Origin: a virus
Virus record (IMG/VR): IMGVR_UViG_3300025418_000694
Coordinates: 31,818-95,817 of that record
Strand: one strand, 5' to 3'
DNA: 64,000 bases
Within the stretch, counting starts at the first letter, position 1. Each line of letters starts with the position of its first letter. The notes beneath the pieces were generated by a model that was given only the letters and a program-made list of their open reading frames with translations, had not been told where the DNA came from and did not search any database. Below, piece by piece: positions 44,432-54,490 of this stretch. Position numbers and translations under genes: made by a program.

Positions 44432-46960
44432 TCAAGTCTGGGGCTGAGCCACGTAGACTGCTGCGGTTGATCCCATAGGCAATTCAGCGGTTAGAGTTGC
44501 CCCAAATAAGCGGGTTTGCACTACAAAACTATTCTTGTAGTAGTGGCTGCGTGCAGCGTTTGCCACCCCACCTTCCCAGATAAAGTTACGATAGTCACCC
44601 AGACCTGTAGAGCCATCAAAGTATGTTAGAAGTTGTCCGCTATTTTCAAACAAAGCGTGGTCTAGTAATAGAACGTGTGTAGATGTTGTAGACCAATCTA
44701 CCTCAACACTTGCATAGGCTGCTGTTGCTGGCGCAGTTCCAGTTACATACGGTCTAGTCCAAGACCCAATTGGTATAGAGGTTGCAGTTCCTGTTGATGA
44801 ACTGATTAAAGAGTAAGAAGTGTCGTACCAGTTAATCTTTAATGTAATTGATTCTGTTGCGGTTACTGCTTGAGCATATGTGCTAAATGTGTAAGAGGTA
44901 TTAGGGTAGAAAATTCCCATAAGTTGAGAGGTAGTTGAACCGTCCCAAGACTTAGTTACTACAGAGCTGCCAGAAGCAGTTACTTGTAGTTGATGTCCTG
45001 TAGCGTAAACAGAGCCTGTTGTAACAGTTGAATTAGACGCCGTTACCGCATAGCTAAATGTGCTCAAGGTTACTGCTGTAATTGTTCTAGCCCCGTTGTA
45101 ATTAGACGCCCCTGTACCAGTAACTCCAGTAATAGTTACTGAAGAGCCTACTTGATATGAATGAGGGTGATTAAGGGTAACTGTGGCTACGTTAGAAACA
45201 ATGCTTGCTGTAGTAATTGAGAACGTATCTGCTCCTGGCTCTGGATACGTAGTTATAACTGATTGAGATGCGCCAGTAGAAGTCCAAGGAGTAGTTGCTG
45301 TAGAGAAATTAGGGTTGATTAATTCATTGATTCTGTTAGCGCGCAAAGTGATGTGTAGTTGGCGGGCTTCATCAAATGATGTAGGCGTGCTAGCAACTTC
45401 AAATTGAGCCGCATCAAAGAAGTGATGCTCGTTAGTAGCAGAGCCTCCTACAGATGCAACAGAGATTCCTGGAGCAGCATAATAAGCGCCAGTAGGAGCA
45501 GCGGCTGATACATAAGGGCGGTATGAACCAGAGAATGTGGCTGTATTATCAGATACTCCAGTGCCACTAGATGTGGATAGATAAACACCAAAACGGTTGT
45601 ACCACTTAATTTTTGCTGTAACTGTTCGTGCAGTCGAGCCCGCTCCTTTAGAAGCGTAAATACTAAAGCAGTATGTTGTTGCAGCGGTTACTGGTATTCC
45701 GTTTGTTATTGGAGCGTCGTCCCCACAGTAGACGTTAAGAGTTTGAGCGCTTGCTGAAGCATTATAGATAGAGAGGATGCTGTTTGCTTTATTTGGAAAT
45801 AGTGTAGGCGCTGTTGGTTCTACCCATGGTGCTGGGTATGGGGTAATTAATCCGTAAGCTCCAGTTGCGGCGTTGTAACCAGTAGTTGTGGCTAGGTTAG
45901 AAGTTGTTATAGCAAAGCTTAAAGAGGTTGAGGTAACCGCGGTAATTGTGTATGGAGTTGCTGAGTTAAATAAAGGGTAAGGCAATCCACTGATTGTTAT
46001 GTAATCTCCAACATCGTATTGTTGGTTGTAACTTGCGCTAAAGGTTAAAGTAGCAACATTTGAAGTAACAGATATTGTGAGGATATTCATTATTGGCATA
46101 TAATCAATGTCTGCTGTGCCATCTCCAGATACCCAGTGACCAGTTCCTTCTTCAAATGAAGAGTCGTTATAGTCCAGCATAATGTTGTGACCAATAGTGA
46201 TTCCATTAGTGCTTGGGTTAGGCGTGCCAGATATAGGTACTGGAACCCCCCACCCACTAAAGTCTTTAATAAAACCTAGTAATCCTTCTTTAGAACCTTT
46301 TTGCTTTGTAAGGGTAACTCCATCACGCAACAAAATGCGGTTTTGTTGAAGACCAATAGCTGGTTCATACGTCTGACCAAATTGGTTCATAAGGGTTGGG
46401 ACTAGCGCTCCATTTACTTTTTCAGGGTTATAGCGCTCTAGTAATAGCTCTGTCATTGTGTGCTCATAGTCCAACTCAAAACCAAAGTTACTTAGGAATG
46501 AATAGAGGGCTGGATTATCCCAATCAGATGAGGGGGAGTAAGGCGAAGTAATCTTGTAAATATCAGGAAGTGAGTTATAAAGATTTGTAGTGCTTCCTTG
46601 GTCTTTAACTGAAACCGCAAACGCGCTACCCGCATTAGACCAAGCATATTGAACAAGGTTATAGACAAAAATTGTGTAGTAATAAAACTGGCTTGGTGCC
46701 AATCCAGTATCTTGATAGATAACAGGGTCTGCTCCGTTGTAGGCAGTTAGTATGATGGTTCCGTCAGATACATCTACAGGAAATCCGTAAGTGTTTCTTA
46801 CGACAACTAACTTAGACCAGTTACCTGTTGGGTCTGTCCAGTTTAAAAGTATTTGGCCTTGTTTAGATGGAATTGCTGTAAAAGGGGTGGCGTCAAACTT
46901 AATAGGGTTATCAGTGCCGTAATAGGCTTCACCATAGTAATCAATTCCGTAGCGTGACAT
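44432..46960 (-). CDS. baseplate wedge / tail protein (gpI-like) with FN3 and carbohydrate-binding-like repeats
   Basis: KQKGSKEGL gpI-type motif; two NPNF/SSFE...WY beta-sandwich modules. Confidence 0.75.
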   Translation of the reverse strand: MSRYGIDYYGEAYYGTDNPIKFDATPFTAIPSKQGQILLNWTDPTGNWSKLVVVRNTYGFPVDVSDGTIILTAYNGADPVIYQDTGLAPSQFYYYTIFVYNLVQYAWSNAGSAFAVSVKDQGSTTNLYNSLPDIYKITSPYSPSSDWDNPALYSFLSNFGFELDYEHTMTELLLERYNPEKVNGALVPTLMNQFGQTYEPAIGLQQNRILLRDGVTLTKQKGSKEGLLGFIKDFSGWGVPVPISGTPNPSTNGITIGHNIMLDYNDSSFEEGTGHWVSGDGTADIDYMPIMNILTISVTSNVATLTFSASYNQQYDVGDYITISGLPYPLFNSATPYTITAVTSTSLSFAITTSNLATTTGYNAATGAYGLITPYPAPWVEPTAPTLFPNKANSILSIYNASASAQTLNVYCGDDAPITNGIPVTAATTYCFSIYASKGAGSTARTVTAKIKWYNRFGVYLSTSSGTGVSDNTATFSGSYRPYVSAAAPTGAYYAAPGISVASVGGSATNEHHFFDAAQFEVASTPTSFDEARQLHITLRANRINELINPNFSTATTPWTSTGASQSVITTYPEPGADTFSITTASIVSNVATVTLNHPHSYQVGSSVTITGVTGTGASNYNGARTITAVTLSTFSYAVTASNSTVTTGSVYATGHQLQVTASGSSVVTKSWDGSTTSQLMGIFYPNTSYTFSTYAQAVTATESITLKINWYDTSYSLISSSTGTATSIPIGSWTRPYVTGTAPATAAYASVEVDWSTTSTHVLLLDHALFENSGQLLTYFDGSTGLGDYRNFIWEGGVANAARSHYYKNSFVVQTRLFGATLTAELPMGSTAAVYVAQPQT

Positions 46961-46962
46961 GG

Positions 46963-48732
46963 TTAGCTAAGAATTCCGCCCGTTACGTTTACTGTAAGAC
47001 TTCCAATACCAGTTGCAGATGAGCTAGCTGTAGTTCCTAGTTCATATAAAGTAGGTATTTCGCTAGAGGCGCAAACAATATTCCCAACAGTCAAGGCTGT
47101 AACTGAACCAGAAGCCGACGCAGAAGATACGTTAGTCGCTACCAGAGCATACGAAAATGTATTGGTTGTAACTCCAGTGACAACAAAGGTACCGTTAAAT
47201 GTTGAGTCTACTCCTGTAACAGACACTGTTTGACCTACAGTTAGCGTGTGGGTAGCAGAGGTTGTTAAGGTAGCCACATTAGATGTTAGTGCTTTATTGT
47301 TAATTGTATAGGTTTGGTCTTGGTCCGCTCTAACCATTTTAGTTATGCTTTGGTACCCAACCCCATCTACTGAAGCAATTGCTGAATAAACGTCAGATAC
47401 AGCCAGTGTGTCTCCAAAAACTACGTTGTCTATATATAGAAGGGCGTTTAGGGCCGCTGTAACGTTTGTTAAAACAGAGGATTGCTTATACTGTGGCAAA
47501 ACGGTTACATTTACTATTAAGTAGACCCCAACATATTTAGGAGGTTGAAAGGTAATGGTTGTATTAGCTGGCGCTCTATCAGTTAAAGCGGTAAGGATTT
47601 TTGTAGATAGAGTATTAAATACTGTAGTAGGGGTTACATTATCTGTAGCTACTCCTGGGTCTCCAGAAGGAGCAAAGTAAAGGGTCACAGATGTGTAAAC
47701 ACTTGCTGTTGCTATTGCTTTAGATACTCCAGATACCTGCACAGCAAGAGCTGCATAATCTGTTAAAGATACAGCTCTGTTAATTGCACGAATACTTAAT
47801 GGAGCATTAATTCTAATAGAGTCTGTTGATTCCGCATCAGCTCCTCCTGTAGCGGCTCCGTCACCAGATATTGAAATGTCCTGGTTTGCAACTGTTAACC
47901 CAACAGGTATAATAGAACTAGGAACATTTATAATGTAATTAATTGTATTGGAGGCTACATTTCCTAACGAACCTGCTCCAATTCTATAAGTTGCATATAT
48001 AGCAATTCCATTTGGAGGAATACGTCCACTGACGCTATCACCAAATTTTATGTATGTATAGCCGTCTGCATTAGTAAACGTTGTAAAAACTGGATCATAA
48101 CTATTTGAATCAATTAGATAATTAACTTTTTGATACGACACGCCATTGATTGTAATTTGAACTGATGAATTAATAACTGAGTTATTTGATAATTGGTATG
48201 TTTGATTTGCACTGCCGTCTGAAGTACCGATTACTTCATTATAAACAGTTTCACCTTGAGTGGCGGTTACTGTAGCTGACCCATTAACAGCACCAGAAGC
48301 AGCAGGTATGGATAGAGCTGAGTCTGTTTCAAATACAATCTGAGTTGTAGTTGCGTTTTGAACTAGTGAGGTAGCTACCTGAGTAAGTGCTGGAATTGTA
48401 ATAATAGAGCCAGTTGAATTTTGAAAAGTTAACGTTACAGTTGCTGCTGTTATATCTGTAGGTGTATACCCAAGAAGATTGGCTATTTGAAGAACGCTTG
48501 AGCGTTGAGTGGCTGTGGCAATAAAAGCTTCGTTAGCAGCGCGGTCAATGTAATAGTTGAGGATATCTCCCATGTAGGAGAACAGCTCCAACAGGGTCAT
48601 ACCAAAGTCTGCAGGGTCGCGGTTTGTCCAATTAGGGGAGAAGTTAGGTATCAAGGTTGTCATATCAGACAAAATTGATGCGTAGTCTCTAGATGTGTAG
48701 TCTATAGACGGTACATAGTTACTTGTTGCCAT
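46963..48732 (-). CDS. baseplate J-like wedge protein
   Basis: DYTSRDY, DFGMTLLELF, GGADAES, RAVSLTDY. Confidence 0.9.
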   Translation of the reverse strand: MATSNYVPSIDYTSRDYASILSDMTTLIPNFSPNWTNRDPADFGMTLLELFSYMGDILNYYIDRAANEAFIATATQRSSVLQIANLLGYTPTDITAATVTLTFQNSTGSIITIPALTQVATSLVQNATTTQIVFETDSALSIPAASGAVNGSATVTATQGETVYNEVIGTSDGSANQTYQLSNNSVINSSVQITINGVSYQKVNYLIDSNSYDPVFTTFTNADGYTYIKFGDSVSGRIPPNGIAIYATYRIGAGSLGNVASNTINYIINVPSSIIPVGLTVANQDISISGDGAATGGADAESTDSIRINAPLSIRAINRAVSLTDYAALAVQVSGVSKAIATASVYTSVTLYFAPSGDPGVATDNVTPTTVFNTLSTKILTALTDRAPANTTITFQPPKYVGVYLIVNVTVLPQYKQSSVLTNVTAALNALLYIDNVVFGDTLAVSDVYSAIASVDGVGYQSITKMVRADQDQTYTINNKALTSNVATLTTSATHTLTVGQTVSVTGVDSTFNGTFVVTGVTTNTFSYALVATNVSSASASGSVTALTVGNIVCASSEIPTLYELGTTASSSATGIGSLTVNVTGGILS

Positions 48733-49132
48733 ATGGAACCTCCGTGATTACATCCCCAGCTTGGCTAAGAATATCAGTTTTAATCGTTACAGTCTCAGGG
48801 TTCTGAGAACTACCGTACTTATAGGTAATTGATACATCTAAATGACCATCATCTTGACTTATAGAGGGGTCTACAGAAATAAGAGTTAAGTAAGGAAGCA
48901 TTTGAGAGAAGCCTTGTGAGATTTCTTTTTTAATCATAGCAACTGCCGCATTATTATTTTCAAAAGATGAAGCACGAACTCTTGTTCCATAACCAGGACG
49001 CATGACCCTTTCACTAACTAAAGTCATAATTGCAAGAACTACTCGGTCTTGCATTATTTTTTTCTGATCGCTAGTGTTGTAGATAGCCCCATTATCATCA
49101 AAAGAAAAAGGCAAAGCTATTGCTTTACTCAT
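48719..49132 (-). CDS. gp25/gpW-like baseplate protein
   Basis: IALPF...ERVMRPGYGT. Confidence 0.85.
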   Translation of the reverse strand: MSKAIALPFSFDDNGAIYNTSDQKKIMQDRVVLAIMTLVSERVMRPGYGTRVRASSFENNNAAVAMIKKEISQGFSQMLPYLTLISVDPSISQDDGHLDVSITYKYGSSQNPETVTIKTDILSQAGDVITEVPYGNK

Positions 49133-49644
49133 AGTTCAACTCCCATCCATACTGGAAAATTAGGGTCTCCTGCAATAAACATGACCCATACTTTTTGTTT
49201 AACATCTGGGACCAGTCTATGAGGTGTGTGCTCTAAAGTGCTGGTTAGATCATTATATGCTCCAGAAGAAGCATTCCATTTATTTGTTTTACTTACTGTT
49301 GTAACATGAGGGTGCTTTAGAGTTCCTGAGTTACCACTATGCGCAGCATTAAGAGTTACGGTGTGGGAATGTGAGCTAGACCCTGTTCCACCATCATTTA
49401 CCGAACTTGTTGTAATTGTGTCCGTGTGGTTTACAAGTAAGGCGGCTACTTGAGCAGCCGTATGCGCTATGTGGTCAGGATGATTGGAGTTGTCTGTTAC
49501 AGGAAGGCAAGGTTTTGCCCAGTCTGTTTCAGCGTCCCCCAATACTTGAGGAACTTTTAATTTAATCATAGACTTCTTAGTAGGGTCTTGATTATTGGTG
49601 CAAATGCCCTCGTATATTCCGTAAAAGCGCTTATCTTCATTCAT
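49129..49644 (-). CDS. baseplate spike gpV/gp5 OB-fold protein
   Basis: YGIYEGIC...DP...KVPQV...WA.PC; VWVMFIAGDPNFPVWMG. Confidence 0.85.
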   Translation of the reverse strand: MNEDKRFYGIYEGICTNNQDPTKKSMIKLKVPQVLGDAETDWAKPCLPVTDNSNHPDHIAHTAAQVAALLVNHTDTITTSSVNDGGTGSSSHSHTVTLNAAHSGNSGTLKHPHVTTVSKTNKWNASSGAYNDLTSTLEHTPHRLVPDVKQKVWVMFIAGDPNFPVWMGVEL

Positions 49645-50972
49645 AATATGCTCGGTATCTTTGTCAATAGTCTGTTAGCAGTTTGAGCTTTGCTTCCGTT
49701 TGCTTGAGAAACTGGGTTAAGTGTAGCGGTTGAAGAAACCCAGACTGGACCATTGGTTGTAGTTTTAGCTCTGTTGTTTAAAGTTCCAAATGAACCAACT
49801 GATTGAGGTCCCAGGTTAGGAGATGTTTTTAGTATCTTAGAGGTCGGTACAACCGCAGTTTGACGAACATTAGGGATAACAGTTCTTGCTGGAGTAGCTG
49901 ATGGTTTTGTAATTAATTTTCCATCTGTCCAGGTAGCAGCTGTTCCTAAAGAATCAGTTCCTACAGTAAGGATAGTTGTATAAATTTGGCTATTTCTTTC
50001 TTTTTCTATAACTTTATGCTCTGCGCTAAGAATGGTCCAATAACCAGTGTAGTAATTGCCTAAGCCATCTAAGTAAATAGGCAAATCTGGTCTTAAAGTA
50101 GGGTTGCCTAACACCTCTACTGTGGCTCTGTAAGGAAATGCGTTTCTATCATCCGCAGCTTTTGACTCGTGTTTAGCAATTGCTGGGTTATTGGCTACAA
50201 CATGGGTATGAAATTTATCAAAAAATTCAGCAGAACTTTTAGTTTTAGTTGTTTTTGCTTTATTTTTAGTTGTTAAAGCTATAGGTGTAGTGGTTGCTGT
50301 GTCTAAACCAGACACCGCCACAGCAGATTTCATATCTCCGTCATAGGTTATAGACTCACCAATTATTGGTTCAAAAGAGTATATGGTAGAGCCATTAGGG
50401 TCATTTGAATCACGCATTACAAAATAAGATGCTTCTGACCGTTTACTTGTGTATTCATAAAGCATTGGCTGAAAGTAAATTTCTGTGTTTTCGGCTCTCA
50501 GGCTATATCCTGATTGTTTAGCCAACCTAACCATTAACTCCCAATCTGTATGACCAGCTTGGGATACTTGAGGATATATACGGGGGTGACCAATGGTAAA
50601 GGCAACAAATTTATATTTTTTAGCAATTTTTTGAATAATTGCATCGGCAGAAAGACCTTTATACACGTATTGTGATTCATTTTTCATAACCATAGAGGCC
50701 CCGAGGACAACTATTTCTGTTAAAAATGAACCAGGAGTTCTATTTACATTTACATGGTGAACATACCCTTTAAAAGTTTTTGAAGTTTTAGAGTTGCCAA
50801 TAGTAAACTGTACAGGAGAACCGCTTTCCACAACATCATACCTAACAGCCCAGTCTCTAAATTGAATTACGGCTATCTCATGCTCGTATTTAGTTTGGTA
50901 AAATTGCATGGAGTAAACGTATGAAGGACCCACGGTTGTATTTGGAAAAGTTACTGTAACGTAATTAAACAT
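49641..50972 (-). CDS. baseplate hub (gpD/gp27-like)
   Basis: QAGHTDWELMVRLAKQSGY; GNPTLRP; position in operon. Confidence 0.8.
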   Translation of the reverse strand: MFNYVTVTFPNTTVGPSYVYSMQFYQTKYEHEIAVIQFRDWAVRYDVVESGSPVQFTIGNSKTSKTFKGYVHHVNVNRTPGSFLTEIVVLGASMVMKNESQYVYKGLSADAIIQKIAKKYKFVAFTIGHPRIYPQVSQAGHTDWELMVRLAKQSGYSLRAENTEIYFQPMLYEYTSKRSEASYFVMRDSNDPNGSTIYSFEPIIGESITYDGDMKSAVAVSGLDTATTTPIALTTKNKAKTTKTKSSAEFFDKFHTHVVANNPAIAKHESKAADDRNAFPYRATVEVLGNPTLRPDLPIYLDGLGNYYTGYWTILSAEHKVIEKERNSQIYTTILTVGTDSLGTAATWTDGKLITKPSATPARTVIPNVRQTAVVPTSKILKTSPNLGPQSVGSFGTLNNRAKTTTNGPVWVSSTATLNPVSQANGSKAQTANRLLTKIPSIL

Positions 50973-51246
50973 TTGGTATCTTTAAAACCGTCCCTACTGG
51001 AATAGCTGTAAAGTCAGTAACTTGAGGATTAAATTCAGGAATAATCCACCAAAAAGCAGGATCTCTATAATATTTAAACGCTATTTGGTCTAAGCGTTCT
51101 CCTTCAACATATTCATGCTCAATGTATGTTAATCCACCCAAAGTTGTAAAGTCATAAAAAACAATTGGGTTAGCTTGTCCATTTACAGTTTTAGATACAA
51201 AATCAATTGTAGAGTACTCGTATCTAGATCCTTTATAAATTGTCAT
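50965..51246 (-). CDS. LysM/tail-X baseplate protein
   Basis: EGERLDQIAFKYY....WWII...NP...GTVLKIP. Confidence 0.85.
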   Translation of the reverse strand: MTIYKGSRYEYSTIDFVSKTVNGQANPIVFYDFTTLGGLTYIEHEYVEGERLDQIAFKYYRDPAFWWIIPEFNPQVTDFTAIPVGTVLKIPNV

Positions 51247-51248
51247 TA

Positions 51249-52376
51249 TTACCCTTTACTTAGCAATGAGACTCGAGAGAATGCGTTGAAGTTTAACGTA
51301 ATCTCTGAATGAATTGGGATCATGTCTTCTGTAAACATAGTGTGGTTTATATTTAAACTCTCTATCCAACCTACATAGGAAAGGCTGTCTGGATTTGGAC
51401 CTAATTGAAGTGCGATTGCGGTAGGGGACAAAAATGATAAGTCTGCAGTTTTTCTGTTTAATGCGTTTACCCAAACAAGGTCTGCCCCAGAGCTGTCCAT
51501 TCGTCCAGATCCGTTAATCATTTTATATATAAACTCAATGTCTGCCATAGTACCCTTTTTCATTAAATCATCAATAAGGGTTGGGATATCTTGTAGTTTA
51601 CCTGCAGTACCGCCCGCATTGTAATAATCAGCAAAAGTTGAAGCTGGAGAAGCAGCATATGGGGAGTATGAGCTTTTAAAACAAGCAAAGTCATTAACTC
51701 TATCGATTACAATAGTTAGTTGAATAGCTTCCATAGCTGTAAAAAGACCGCTCAAAGCAGCATGAGCGTCTAAAGCACTAGGTACCACATTAGCGTTTCT
51801 TGTTAATACACTGCTAAATTGCTGTGGATTCCACAAGAATTGAAAGCCCCAATGCGTATTTGTATCAGAAGATGTTGTGGTTCCAGTTGTTGTGCTTTTT
51901 GACGTGGTATTGCTTGGGGTCAAAATACCATTGGTACTAACGCCTGTTGCGTCTGCGTAATACCACATGATAGCTCTACGTGTTGAGTTATCTACAACAT
52001 TACCCCTATAAATAGAGGTATCTGTTTTAGATGGATTTAAAGGCAAACTCCAAGCATGTGGAGGTAAGTTAAACTGCATTGTTGTTGGGGCCGCGTAGGT
52101 AGCAGGGGTAAACGGTATTGGTCCTGGTTTTGATTGCTGTCCTGAAGATCCTTTTTGAACAACTTTTCCATTAAAATCGTATAGGTTAGTGAATCCAGAG
52201 ATTTGAACTGGGGCTTTTTTTGTATTAATTCCCAGTGTTTTGTTTACAGCAATAGCTTCTTTAACCACACGAGCAACTTGTGGATCCAATTTAGCCGTAT
52301 TTACTGGGGAAAACGCCCCTTTACCAGAGCCCATAGGTGAATTAGGTACTGGAATTCCTCCAAAAGTTGTTGCCAT
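51249..52376 (-). CDS. tail tube initiator / baseplate protein
   Basis: FQFLWNPQ...GWIESLNINHTMF...P; between tape measure and LysM genes. Confidence 0.65.
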   Translation of the reverse strand: MATTFGGIPVPNSPMGSGKGAFSPVNTAKLDPQVARVVKEAIAVNKTLGINTKKAPVQISGFTNLYDFNGKVVQKGSSGQQSKPGPIPFTPATYAAPTTMQFNLPPHAWSLPLNPSKTDTSIYRGNVVDNSTRRAIMWYYADATGVSTNGILTPSNTTSKSTTTGTTTSSDTNTHWGFQFLWNPQQFSSVLTRNANVVPSALDAHAALSGLFTAMEAIQLTIVIDRVNDFACFKSSYSPYAASPASTFADYYNAGGTAGKLQDIPTLIDDLMKKGTMADIEFIYKMINGSGRMDSSGADLVWVNALNRKTADLSFLSPTAIALQLGPNPDSLSYVGWIESLNINHTMFTEDMIPIHSEITLNFNAFSRVSLLSKG

Positions 52377-54335
52377 TTATTTCTTTCCTATCGTTTGAGT
52401 AGGATTTTGTAAAATCTTTTTAACTTCTGAGGCAACTTTATTTGGGTCTGTTATTCCGTTTACATTGATAGTAAACCCACCATAATTAATGTTTCCACCG
52501 CCACCAGCTCCTCCTCCAAAAGCAGCAGCTTGAGCAGCAGCAAATCTTGATGCAGCGGTTGGGTCGCCCGATTGAGCCACGCTATTTATTGACGCCACTC
52601 CTCCGCCCATAGAAGAGCCACCAGCGTCAATTATTCCAAGTTTTCTAGCGGTATTAGTCCAAGCGTTGCTCCACGTAGTTCCGCCATGAGAAATATCATA
52701 AGCAATTTTTGCATTAATTGCTGGATTGTAAAGGCTTTGAGGACCAGTATAACCAATAGAAGCATAGTCTTTTAAATACTGTGCATTTCTTTTTCTACCT
52801 AAATCACCAATCATATTAATTTGAAAAAGACCTTCAGAGTAATCTCCAGTACTAGAATTTGGGTTAAGCGCGCCTGGTCTTCCACCAGATTCCATACGTG
52901 CTACATTAAATGCTGTATCTAAAGAGGCGCCTTTAAAACCAGCTGCTTTAAGAACATTCTTTAATTGACTATCTGTTAATGCTGTTTTAGGTCCAGCCGC
53001 TCCATATGAGGATACTCCACCACCACTTTCTTTAAACATATTGTTAGGTATAACTGTTCCGTCAGTCTTAGGGATAAATAGCTCTGGGCCTTTTTCACCA
53101 ACAACGTACGGCATATTTCCTTGGGCAGGGCCGCCAGTTTCTAAAGCAAGTCCTAGTAAAGGTAAAAGCTTTAGTAGCATTTCTGGTGCATCTTTAAATA
53201 AACTTTTAACAGCAAATCCAATTCCAACTTTTCCTAAGCTGCCCATTGCGCCTCCACCAAGGCCTAAAACTCCAGTTCCTAATCCTTTTCCTCCACCAAG
53301 CACTGCAGTTAAATTGCTCATAGAGGCTGCAAGATTGTTCATACCTGTTCCTATATCAGCAGCACCAGCATAGCCTCCAGCAGTAGCAGAGGCGGTTGCT
53401 GTAAGTAAACTTGTTTGAGCAGCTGTTTGACTAGCCATATTACGCACAGTTGCGGATTGAATTCCAGCATTGACCATTTGTTCTCTGCTAATTGTTCCTA
53501 CTGCTTGTCCATTAAAAGTTGCTTTTACAAGAAGAGCATCTGAAACCATTTTAATCATTGTTGGGTCGCCATTAAAAAGACCACTTAGCATGTTGTATAC
53601 GCCGTAACCTGGTTGCATAGAATATTGAAGAGACTTTTTATCCATGCCACGTCCACCGCTATTTTGGCTAATAAACGCCCAAATTTTATCTACTAGTTGT
53701 GGGAAAGGCATCATGCTTCCATCAGCACCGCGAATGTTAATTCCAATTGTTCTGGCAAGGTTTACGGTTGTAGGAGCGTTCATTGTTCCAGCAATTGCCG
53801 TTGCTGCCCCAGTAATACCAATACCAGGAGTTATATTAGAGGCTTGAGCTGCCCCAGCCATAACTTTATTAAAGTTGCTTACGCCTCCAAGGCCAGCATT
53901 TTGAGCGGCAATAATTGCATTTGTTGTGTCCATGCTATTAAGAGCTGTTCCGCCATAGGCTAAACTCTTTTGTAAAGAACGAACTCCGCCAGCACCATTT
54001 GCTCCACCAAGCCCATAAAATGATGCACGCTGTGTTAATAGGTCTTGCATAACAGCGGTGGGCACACTAGGCATAGCGCCAAAGGCAGCGCTTGCAGCAG
54101 ACACTCCCATAGCTATTCTATTAGCGTTTCCTCCACCAGGACCTGACATTACTTGGTTAACGCCACCTCCACCGCCACCCATCCCCATACCTTTAAAGGC
54201 TGATGAAAGGGCTTGGACTTTAGGTAGGAGTGTGTTTTCAATGGTTGAAGCTAATTGCAAAATATCTTTGTTAATACTAGTAACAGTATTTGATATTCCG
54301 CCAATGCCCATAGCGGTTTTACTATCGTCAGCCAT
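52377..54335 (-). CDS. tape measure protein with lytic transglycosylase domain
   Basis: A/G-rich; GGP...VVGEKGPELF; MESGG...GLFQIN...NPAINAKIA. Confidence 0.85.
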   Translation of the reverse strand: MADDSKTAMGIGGISNTVTSINKDILQLASTIENTLLPKVQALSSAFKGMGMGGGGGGVNQVMSGPGGGNANRIAMGVSAASAAFGAMPSVPTAVMQDLLTQRASFYGLGGANGAGGVRSLQKSLAYGGTALNSMDTTNAIIAAQNAGLGGVSNFNKVMAGAAQASNITPGIGITGAATAIAGTMNAPTTVNLARTIGINIRGADGSMMPFPQLVDKIWAFISQNSGGRGMDKKSLQYSMQPGYGVYNMLSGLFNGDPTMIKMVSDALLVKATFNGQAVGTISREQMVNAGIQSATVRNMASQTAAQTSLLTATASATAGGYAGAADIGTGMNNLAASMSNLTAVLGGGKGLGTGVLGLGGGAMGSLGKVGIGFAVKSLFKDAPEMLLKLLPLLGLALETGGPAQGNMPYVVGEKGPELFIPKTDGTVIPNNMFKESGGGVSSYGAAGPKTALTDSQLKNVLKAAGFKGASLDTAFNVARMESGGRPGALNPNSSTGDYSEGLFQINMIGDLGRKRNAQYLKDYASIGYTGPQSLYNPAINAKIAYDISHGGTTWSNAWTNTARKLGIIDAGGSSMGGGVASINSVAQSGDPTAASRFAAAQAAAFGGGAGGGGNINYGGFTINVNGITDPNKVASEVKKILQNPTQTIGKK

Positions 54336-54337
54336 TT

Positions 54338-54490
54338 TTACCTCCTACCTCGCATAGCGCGCTCAATCCAGTTAATTCTTTCTCTAGCAGATAAACTTCT
54401 TATATCTGCTAGTGTCCAACCAGTAAAAGTTCTTGTTATAGATTCGTACTGGTCAAGCAATTTTTCATAATCTGCTTCGCTATAGGCGAA
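54338..54490 (-). CDS. tail assembly chaperone C-terminal extension (frameshift product)
   Basis: GWTLADIRSLSARER..W motif; no own ATG/RBS; +1 frame relative to the upstream gene. Confidence 0.65.
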   Translation of the reverse strand, partial: FAYSEADYEKLLDQYESITRTFTGWTLADIRSLSARERINWIERAMRGRR

